Shown piece by piece: positions 1 through 5,871 of a stretch of DNA of 6,855 bases; within the stretch, counting starts at the first letter, position 1, and the number at the start of each line of letters is the position of its first letter. A program made the translations under genes and the position numbers. The notes under the pieces are model-generated. The model was not told the origin of the DNA. It was given only the letters and a program-made list of their open reading frames with translations, and searched no databases. Origin of the DNA: Octopus sinensis (taxonomy: Eukaryota). The DNA is taken from contig NW_021829152.1 of the NCBI RefSeq assembly GCF_006345805.1, positions 1 through 6,855 on the forward strand. Reading direction: 5' to 3'.

Positions 1-195
1 TTCCTGTCAGGTGTCCCAGCTTGAACCGACTTCACGGCAGGAGTGCAGATGAGGGCAGCTGCATCGAACTCTCGTCATGCACCAAATGGCAATTGCTAAG
101 AAGCATTCATGAAGTAAAATCATGTAGCAAGACCAAATGGCAGTGCCCCAGCATGGCCACAGCTCGTGAGCTGAAACTAGATAAAATAAAATTTT
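1..195 (+). mobile_element. Probable 3' end of a non-LTR retrotransposon (cut by window edge), candidate partner of SINE family A
   Basis: Ends in AATGGCAGTGCCCCAGCATGGCCACAGCTCGTGAGCTGAAACTAGA (136-181) followed by A-rich ATAAAATAAAA. This motif is homologous to the 3' terminus of the family A SINEs (e.g. 1270-1320). Positions 1-135 match no SINE body in the window. No RT motif is recognisable in the short translated stretch. Confidence 0.5.
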
Positions 196-214
196 TAAAA
201 AATAGAATATATAT

Positions 215-260
215 AATGGCGGTGCCCCAGCATGGCCACAGCTCATAAGCTGAAACTAGA
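215..260 (+). repeat. Second, 46-bp copy of the same retroelement 3'-terminal motif
   Basis: AATGGCGGTGCCCCAGCATGGCCACAGCTCATAAGCTGAAACTAGA differs from 136-181 at 3 of 46 positions. Confidence 0.85.
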
Positions 261-271
261 ATCAATCATAC

Positions 272-272
<1 letters not shown>

Positions 273-326
<54 letters not shown>
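273..326. repeat. (TA)n microsatellite
   Basis: Pure TA run of about 27 units, flanked by ATACGTATA at 268-276 and 331-339. Confidence 0.97.
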
Positions 327-333
<7 letters not shown>

Positions 334-347
334 CGTATAAATATACA

Positions 348-558
348 TTTTTTACTTGTTTCAGTCATTTGACTGCGGCCATGTTGGAGCACCACCTTTA
401 GTCGAACTAATCGACCACCAGGAGTTATTCTTTATTAGACTAGTACTTATTCTATCCGTCTCTTTTGCCAAACCGCTAAGTCACGGGGACGTAAACACAC
501 TAGCATTGGTTGTCAAGCGATGTTGGGGAGACAAACACAGACACACAAACATACACAT

Positions 559-607
<49 letters not shown>

Positions 608-780
608 AATATACATATATACGACGGGCTTCTTTCAGTTTCCGTCTACCAAATCCACTCACAAAGCTTTGGTCGGCCCAAGGCTATAGTAGAAGAAACT
701 TGCCCAAGGTGCCACGCAGTGGGACTGAACCCGTAACCATGTGCTTCGTAAGCAAGCTACTTACCACACAGCCTCTCCTG
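348..780 (-). mobile_element. tRNA-derived SINE family A, copy 1 (full length)
   Basis: Reverse complement of the copies at 926-1336 and 4299-4748. Minus-strand head CAGGAGAGGCTGTGTGGTAAG (A box-like) and GGTTCAGTCCC (B box-like), then CCTTGGGCAAGT (resembles the start of the CORE domain), an internal (TG)n/(TA)n tract, and the 3' tail ...CCAACATGGCCGCAGTCAAATGACTGAAACAAGTAAAA. Confidence 0.93.
560..605. repeat. (CA)n microsatellite internal to SINE A copy 1
   Basis: Pure CA run of about 23 units. It produces the THTHTH ORFs at 356..736 and 520..813. Confidence 0.95.
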
Positions 781-926
781 AAAACTTTTAGAAAACTTTA
801 CGTAGGTCTCTAAGCAGGTATTACTAAGCTTTTGGCAAAATTTGATGCAGATTCTTCGCTTAACTTTCTTCCAAGCACTCTTGTAAACCGCGGAAGTGAG
901 CCAGAACGTTAAAACTTCGTGCACAT
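781..926 (-). pseudogene. Mariner (Tc1/mariner) transposase N-terminal HTH remnant
   Basis: Minus-strand translation KVKRRICIKFCQKLSNTCLETYVKFSKSF matches the mariner transposase N-terminus pattern EQRxxIKFCxKLGxTxxETxxML. There is no in-frame ATG immediately upstream, and the fragment is truncated at 781 by SINE A copy 1. Confidence 0.8.
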
Positions 927-1336
927 GGAGCGGCTGTGTGGTAAGTAGCTTGCTTACCAACCACATGGTTCCGGGTTCAGTCCCACTGCGTAGCATCTTG
1001 GACAAGTGTCTTCTACTATAGCCTCGGGCCAACCAAAGCCTTGTAAGTGGATTTGGTAGACGGAAACTGAAAGAAGCCCATCGTATATACGTATGTATAT
1101 ATATATGTGGGTGTTGTATGTTTGTGTGTCTGTGTTTGTCCCCCTAGCATTGCTTGACAACCGATGCTGTTGTGTTTACGTCCCCGTCACTTAGCGGTCG
1201 GCAAAAGAGATCGATAAATAATTACTGGGCTTACAAAGAATAAGTCCTGGGATCGATTTGCTCGACTGAAGGCGGTGCTCCAGCATGGCCGCAGTCAAAT
1301 GAGTGAAGCAAGTAAAAGAGTAAAGAGTAAAAGAGT
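926..1336 (+). mobile_element. tRNA-derived SINE family A, copy 2, inserted into the mariner relic
   Basis: A box-like CGGCTGTGTGG (931-941) and B box-like GGTTCAGTCCC (~973-983). Short internal TA/TG tract (~1084-1130). 3' end GGCGGTGCTCCAGCATGGCCGCAGTC with tail (GTAAAAGA)n at 1312-1336. Confidence 0.93.
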
Positions 1337-1435
1337 ATGCACAGCAGAGTTCAAGTTCAAACTGTGCCTAGGCACCTTCACTTTCCGTGCCTTTAGCTTT
1401 GTTATTATAGCAACAGTTCGGATACTTATTGATCA
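1337..1435 (-). mobile_element. 5' end of the same mariner element, with TIR remnant
   Basis: Minus strand reads TGATCAATAAGTATCCGAACTG... (1435-1414), resembling mariner TIRs of the ...TCAATAAGTATCCG type. It has the same orientation as the transposase fragment. From recall of this octopus mariner, ...GAACTCTGCTGTGCAT continues into GCACGAAGTTTTAACGTTC on the other side of the SINE. The outermost TIR bases and the TA target are not recognisable. Confidence 0.65.
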
Positions 1436-1549
1436 TTGGCCTTCAAATCCAGCCGCCTGATATAGAGAAGACCAGGATGTCTGAAGTGTATGTTTTAGGC
1501 AAGAGAAAATTTTTTTTAAAAACCCTGGTCACGATCATTTGCGGGTCCT

Positions 1550-1755
1550 CCGCAACTGGCTAGGGTTAGAGACTCAATGAAGAAGGTATTCTCAAGTTAG
1601 GGAACCTGAATCTGAATGCTGGCTAAAAAGCAGACCCTATTGAAGGCACCTGAGGGCCCCGGGCAGTGGAGTTAGAATTGATAATGGACTCGGATCCAAC
1701 AACCAGAATGATTGCAACTGGAACGCTTTTGATTGTAAGTCTGTTAAACAACACC
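1550..1755 (+). mobile_element. Unclassified probable retroelement 3' fragment
   Basis: Complex sequence ending ...GATTGCAACTGGAACGCTTTTGATTGTAAGTCTGTTAAACAACAC and running directly into a trinucleotide tract, as expected for a LINE 3' end with a simple-repeat tail. It resembles an octopus repeat from recall only, and the left boundary is uncertain. Confidence 0.3.
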
Positions 1756-1786
1756 TACTACTACTACTCTACTACTACTACTACAA

Positions 1787-1818
<32 letters not shown>

Positions 1819-1908
1819 ACTGCTACTACAACAACAACTACTTCTACCACTACTACTACTACTACCGGTGCTGCTGCCTCTGTTACTTCTGCTGGTAGTA
1901 GTAGAAGA

Positions 1909-1960
<52 letters not shown>

Positions 1961-1991
1961 GATGGTGGTGGTGGTGGTGATGATGGTAGTG

Positions 1992-2035
<44 letters not shown>

Positions 2036-2042
2036 TGTAGTG

Positions 2043-2089
<47 letters not shown>

Positions 2090-2140
2090 GGTGGTGGTGG
2101 TGGTGGTGGTGGTGGTAGTAGTAGTAGTAGTAGTTGCTGT
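1753..2140. repeat. Compound trinucleotide repeat: (TAC)n/(TGC)n/(ACA)n then (TAG)n/(TGG)n
   Basis: Directly visible. It produces the poly-T/A, poly-S/G, poly-V, poly-Y/H and poly-L/P ORFs in several frames. Confidence 0.97.
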
Positions 2141-2351
2141 TGAACTTCATTAGATTCCCACACGAATGGCCGAGAATTAAGCAACAGCAACAGCAACAAC
2201 AACGCCATGCAGGTGAAGCGACGACGGAAACGTGTTGTAAAAAGTTTAAACAAATAAACAAAAGAACGACAACAGCAATTGATAAAACATCAACACCACC
2301 TGCAAGGACACCACCACCACCACCACCACGACTGTCACTACCGCTACCACC

Positions 2352-2722
2352 AGGCCCAGTGGTTAGGGCAGCGGACTCGCGGTCGGAGGATCGCGATTTC
2401 GATTCCCAGACCGGGAGTTGTGTGTGTTTATTGAACAAAAACACCTAAAGCTCCACGAGGCTCCGGCAGGGGGTGGTGGTGACCCCTGTTGTACTCTTTC
2501 GCTCCAACTTTCTCTCGCTCTTTCTTCCTGTTTCTTGTCCCCGACTTCCTACGCAACCGCTGAGCGTGGATGCGCATTCATCCATCCGTCGATGCTCTCG
2601 GTGTCGGGGGTTGGCCTGCTTTCTCTTCTGCGGGTCTTACGAATAGCAAAGGACCACGTTTCGGACTTCTCCCACTACAGACAATCCTGAGGCGCATTCT
2701 TGCGAGCTCTGGAGCTAAAACC
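2352..2722 (+). mobile_element. tRNA-derived SINE family C (tRNA-Arg-like head), 5' part
   Basis: A box-like AGGCCCAGTGG (2352-2362), anticodon-arm-like GGACTCGCGGTC, B box-like ATTTCGATTCC (2396-2406). These are followed by a CpG-rich body and a pyrimidine tract (2495-2540). The element is interrupted at 2722 by SINE B. The tRNA-Arg assignment is tentative. Confidence 0.8.
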
Positions 2723-2937
2723 TATTTCTTTACTACCCACAAGGGGCTAAACACAGAGGGGACAAACAAGGACAGACACACGGATTAAGTCGATTACATC
2801 GACCCCAGTGCGTAACTGGTACCTATTTAATCGACCCGAAGGGACGAAAGGCAAAGTCGACCTTGGCGGAATTTGAACTCAGAACGTAACGGCAGACGAA
2901 ATACGGCTACGCATTTCGCCCACCGTGCTAACGTTTC
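2723..2937 (-). mobile_element. tRNA-derived SINE family B, body and tail
   Basis: Minus strand has B box GAGTTCAAATTCC (~2868-2880), a central domain GTCGACTTTGCCTTTCGTCCCTTCGGGTCGATTAAATAGGTACCAG (resembles the Meta/MESC-type SINE core, from recall), and the tail ...GTGGGTAGTAAAGAAATA. It is homologous to 6145-6355. Confidence 0.92.
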
Positions 2938-3121
2938 GGATCTTTTCTTTTTGAAGGCCAGATTTTCCTAGTTAACTAAAAAATTTGAAACTTCGTATAC
3001 TAGTAGAATGTGTCAAAAGAAAACATTATTGTAAAACAAAATTGAAAACAAAATTGTAATTTGTAACTTAAACGTAGTTTAATTTACGAATTTTTAACCA
3101 ATGAAATCCCAACATCTTCGA
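2938..3121 (+). repeat. Left TIR
   Basis: Reverse complement of 3741-3921, roughly 90-95% identical by eye. Confidence 0.92.
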
Positions 3122-3146
3122 ATTTTAACCAATGAAATCCCAACAT
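3087..3146 (+). repeat. Tandem duplication of a ~28-bp CCAAT-containing unit at the inner end of the left TIR
   Basis: CGAATTTT(T)AACCAATGAAATCCCAACAT occurs at 3087-3115 and 3119-3146. The right TIR has one inverted copy (3744-3771). Confidence 0.9.
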
Positions 3147-3183
3147 TGCTGGTTATCGATATTGATAAAGAAATATAGCAGAC

Positions 3184-3300
3184 GCGACACACACGACACA
3201 CACACACACACGCACATTTGCACAAGCACATAGTAATTAATATAAGCGTACACACACATACAAACGGACATATACATACACACACATACGCACACAAGCA
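3184..3300. repeat. Degenerate (CA)n-rich tract inside the DNA transposon
   Basis: Interrupted CA/ACAC runs. They produce the CVCVC ORF at 3094..3516. Confidence 0.85.
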
Positions 3301-3359
3301 AAATACACGTTCGTTTTTGTCACTTGCCGCAACAAAATTTGCACAGAGGGGGATGGGGT

Positions 3360-3422
3360 GGTCGATTGTTTCATCGTTCGGGGGTCGATAAATTAAGTAC
3401 CAATTACGCACACTGGTGTCGA
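3360..3422 (+). mobile_element. Isolated SINE family B core fragment inside the DNA transposon
   Basis: GGTCGATTGTTTCATCGTTCGGGGGTCGATAAATTAAGTACCAATTACGCACACTGGTGTCGA aligns to the reverse complement of ~2799-2862. Confidence 0.8.
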
Positions 3423-3740
3423 GGATTTTTTTCCCAATTATATCACAGCTTCCGACAAGCTGGGGGGGCATCCTTTTATGAAAAAATATTTCGCAAATTT
3501 TACATACTACTAACACTCCACGCGCAAACTCGAGACCGATTTAGGCATATTATTGTTTTGTTTTTGTTGTTTCTGGTCCTTCAAAACCTATGCGGAGAAG
3601 CCTTTTCGGTAAAAAAAATTAAAGAGAAATATTCAAAAATATCGTTAATATTTTTATTGGGCGACGAAATTAATCGATTTAAGAGATATAGCTGTTATTT
3701 CTAGCACATGTAGAAGACAGAAGAGGTAAATAATTTGAGC

Positions 3741-3921
3741 TCGAATGCTGCGATTTCATTGGTTAAAATTCTTAAAATTAAACTACGTTTAAGTTACGAA
3801 TTACAATTTTGTTTTCAATTTTGTTTACAATAATGTTTTCTTTTGACACATTCTACCAGATATACGAAGTTTCACTTTTTTAGTTAACTAGGACAATCTG
3901 GCCTTCAAAAAGAAAAGATCC
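3741..3921 (-). repeat. Right TIR
   Basis: Inverted copy of 2938-3121. Confidence 0.92.
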
Positions 3922-3946
3922 AACGTTTTCTGCCAGCTCGCCGCCT
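3922..3946 (-). mobile_element. Displaced 5' head of the SINE B copy at 2723-2937
   Basis: Minus strand AGGCGGCGAGCTGGCAGAAAACGTT contains the A box. The equivalent sequence is contiguous at 6330-6355. It is followed by CTGGAACTAAAACC (3947-3960), which duplicates CTGGAGCTAAAACC (2709-2722). Confidence 0.88.
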
Positions 3947-3991
3947 CTGGAACTAAAACCGCTTCGCTCAACAAACAAACAACAAACAAAC
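3947..3991 (+). mobile_element. Presumed 3' end and (CAAA)n tail of SINE family C, resumed after the nested insertions
   Basis: Begins with the second TSD copy, then GCTTCGCT and CAACAAACAAACAACAAACAAAC. Confidence 0.6.
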
Positions 3992-4103
3992 TACCACCAC
4001 CAACATCACTATCACCATCACCACCATCAGCATATCGTCACCACGAGGCTTTAACGTTTCTATTAGCTTGACCGCCTCAATAATAATAGTAATAATAATA
4101 ATG
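3992..4103. repeat. Low-complexity CAC/CAT and AAT tracts
   Basis: ACCACCACCAACATCACTATCACCATCACC... and AATAATAATAGTAATAATAATAAT. Confidence 0.8.
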
Positions 4104-4298
4104 ATATCTTTTACTGGCCACAAGGGCCGGAAGACGTGGCGGACGATATGAAAGGACAAGATACTACACAGAAAAAACAAAAGCAAAAACAAAACAGGCG
4201 GGATTTGCATCGATCAAAGGGAGCTACTACCCCCATTAAAAGATATTTGATAAAAACCCGGATATATGAATAGAAAATAGAAAATAAACACTTATATA

Positions 4299-4457
4299 TG
4301 TAGGAGTGGCTGTGTGGCAAGTAGTTTGCTTACCAACCACATGGTTCCGGGTCCAGTCCCACTGCGTGGCACCTTGGCGAGTGTCTTCTACTATAGCCTC
4401 GGGCCGACCAAAGCCTTGTGAGTGGATTGGTAGACGGAAACTGAAAGAAGCCCGTCG

Positions 4458-4491
<34 letters not shown>

Positions 4492-4494
4492 GTG

Positions 4495-4525
<31 letters not shown>

Positions 4526-4748
4526 TGTGTGTGTGTGTGTGTGTTTGTGTGTCTGTGTTTATCCCCCCAATATCGCGTTGACAACCGATGGTGGTGTATT
4601 TACGTCCCCCTAACTTAGCGGTTTCGGTAGAAGAGACCGATAGAATAAGTACTAGGCTTACAAAGGCGTCGATTTGCTCAACTAAAGGCAGTGCTCCAGC
4701 ACGGCCGCAGTCAAATAACTGAAACAAGTAAAAGAGTAAAAGAGTAAA
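4299..4748 (+). mobile_element. tRNA-derived SINE family A, copy 3 (full length)
   Basis: A box TGGCTGTGTGG (4307-4317) and mutated B box GGTCCAGTCCC (4350-4360). Internal (TA)n(TG)n at ~4458-4545. It lacks about 13 bp (GAATAAGTCCTGG region) relative to copy 2. Tail (GTAAAAGA)n at 4728-4748. Confidence 0.93.
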
Positions 4749-5347
4749 TTAATTAATTAACTAAAATCCTGAATAGTGGAGCAGTCCACTTAGAGTAATT
4801 CGGGGTAAAACCTGCTCAAAAATCTTTGATTATTCTACCACCCCCAAGGCATGGGGAAGGGCCTTCTTCCAGTTTCTTTCCTTCTGCTTAGAAAAGCATA
4901 CTCAAAGTCGATCCATTCAGCCTCTCCATTTTTGATACTCTCGTCTACCTTCGGATAAACACACTAACAGGTAGCACCGCCCTCACTACCTTTAGCTTCT
5001 CCTACAAAAGATGTTTGAAGAAACTGATGAGAGTTTGGCCAGGCAGGAAAGTGCCTGTCTTCAAACCTTTCCGACGGGTCCACCACATAATCTCTTTTGC
5101 CACAGCCACTGAGCTAAGAAAGATCTGCCTTTCCTCTCTGCTAAAGGAAGGTGTTGCGTCGATCTTCACTATACACCCGGCAGACAGCTGAAATCGTGTT
5201 ACACGAGACAGCAGCTGCTCCACAAAGGACCACAAGTCTCTAACGCACGAACACTGAATCATTGCATGCATGAAGGTTTCTTACCCCTGCATGCATCTAG
5301 GGCAGGTTCTGCTGTTGGCACTTCTCGAACATGCAATGCCTCACCTC

Positions 5348-5348
<1 letters not shown>
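4749..5348 (-). mobile_element. 5'-truncated Tx1/L1-clade LINE fragment (ORF2 C-terminus plus 3' UTR)
   Basis: See the pseudogene call at 4888-5346. Downstream of the stop codon lie ~140 bp of presumed 3' UTR ending in TTAATTAATTAATT against the SINE A tail. The true 3' end is uncertain. Confidence 0.75.
4888..5346 (-). pseudogene. Degenerate LINE ORF2 C-terminal CCHC zinc-finger region
   Basis: One unshifted frame reads R*GIACSRSANSRTCPRCMQG*ETFMHAMIQCSCVRDLWSFVEQLLSRV...AVAKEIMWWTRRKGLKTG...FFKHLL*EKLKVVRAVLPVSVFIRR*TRVSKMERLNGSTLSMLF*. The motif CPRC-x4-ETxxH-x4-C...W is the L1/Tx1 ORF2 zinc knuckle. Premature stops are at 5341-43, 5281-83, 5002-04 and 4945-47. The supplied ORF 5002..5271 is a piece of this frame. 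Confidence 0.82.

Positions 5349-5417
<69 letters not shown>
5348..5417. repeat. (ATT)n microsatellite, the (AAT)n tail of the adjacent element
   Basis: Pure run of about 23 units. It produces the poly-N and poly-L ORFs. Confidence 0.97.
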
Positions 5418-5870
5418 GAGTGAGAGAGCAGTGCATGCCATCAAAGTGACACCGGGGTAAAATATACGGAGCCCAGTATACCCATCATGACTACTCGTCT
5501 GATAAGGGTACACCAGGTACATGCATCACAACCATATGTGCACGACATAGGGATCTCATATCAAGATAAACAGTGCATGACCGTGCAGGTGGGGCCCAGT
5601 TAGAATTTTCTTCTGGTCAAGTAGCCCATCCCGCTCAAAATGTCCCTGAATAAGGATTGTTTAAGGATGCTGAACGAACAACCCATGTTTCCAAAGGTGA
5701 ATTATCCAAACCTCCAAGAATTCCTTTCAACACACGGCTATGATGCTCCCCCACTACTTCTGCTCGTGGTCAGAGATGCATATATCGTCAGCCACTAAGG
5801 GACATGGTCAATTGATTAAGGTCAAACAACTGACAAGCAAATCTGTGGTATTGAACAGAATATTTGCTGA
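5349..5870 (-). mobile_element. Retroelement 3' end (~450 bp) with (AAT)n tail, copy 1; family unassigned
   Basis: Minus strand ends ...GTCACTTTGATGGCATGCACTGCTCTCTCACTC(AAT)n. It is non-coding, has a second copy at 5872-6081, and truncates the Tx1 fragment. Confidence 0.75.
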
Positions 5871-5871
5871 A

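Larger units (their letters stand above)
2938..3921. mobile_element. Non-autonomous DNA transposon (984 bp), ~184-bp TIRs, 8-bp TSD; Merlin- or Mutator-like
   Basis: Termini GGATCTTTTCTTTTTGAAGGCCAGATT... (2938) and ...AATCTGGCCTTCAAAAAGAAAAGATCC (3921), with the first 27 nt perfectly inverted. Flanks are AACGTTTC (2930-2937) and AACGTTTT(C) (3922-3930). Removing the element restores the SINE B head. No transposase ORF is present. Confidence 0.92.

Noticed and set aside
136-260. CRISPR-like direct repeats (46 bp x2; also 28 bp x2 at 3087-3146)
   Set aside because: Only two units each, in a eukaryotic repeat context with no cas genes. They are explained as retroelement tails and a TIR-internal duplication.
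356-1160. ORFs with THTHTH or YIYIY runs (also 4236..4727, 4306..4581, 4330..4584, 3094..3516)
   Set aside because: These are translations of SINE bodies and internal dinucleotide repeats. The same peptides recur at each SINE copy.
920-1343. TGCACA at 920-925 and 1338-1343 as the TSD of SINE A copy 2
   Set aside because: From recall, the mariner sequence already has a near-repeat (GTGCGCATGCACAG) at this site. The match is therefore probably intrinsic, and the real duplication may be only about 2 bp.
2352-2415. Possible tRNA gene (also the heads at 926-990, 4299-4365 and 6270-6355)
   Set aside because: A/B boxes are present, but there is no complete cloverleaf or acceptor stem, and each continues into a SINE body.
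1666-2448. Long ORFs with poly-His/Tyr, poly-Ser/Gly, poly-Val, poly-Leu/Pro and poly-Thr (1666..1911, 1744..2253, 1764..2444, 1868..2143, 1950..2153, 2134..2448)
   Set aside because: They are open in many frames on both strands because the trinucleotide repeats lack stop codons in those frames. The non-repeat parts run into a SINE head, and no domain is recognisable.
4203-4210. Octamer motif ATTTGCAT
   Set aside because: A single 8-mer is expected by chance at appreciable frequency in 6.9 kb, and no snRNA gene or PSE lies nearby.
4104-4215. Possible degenerate SINE B-like tail (TTTTACTGGCCACAAGGG...)
   Set aside because: Similarity to 2726-2800 is limited to about 18 bp plus scattered matches, too weak to call.
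5013-5066. Hammerhead-like CTGATGA...GAAA...TC enclosed by GTTTGAAGA/TCTTCAAAC
   Set aside because: Stems II and III cannot form at the core-closing positions (G-G juxtapositions). The segment is also simply the antisense of LINE ORF2 coding sequence.
5259-5522. Poly-Asn and poly-Leu ORFs (5259..5522, 5266..5460)
   Set aside because: They are read-throughs of the (ATT)n tract. The meaningful frame in 5260-5346 is the LINE ORF2 frame.
5740-5795. Minus-strand CTGACGA (plus 5785-5791) as a hammerhead core in the (AAT)n-tailed element
   Set aside because: It is followed by GAAG rather than GAAA, and has no compatible stem I or cleavage triplet. The Penelope hypothesis therefore lacks ribozyme support here.
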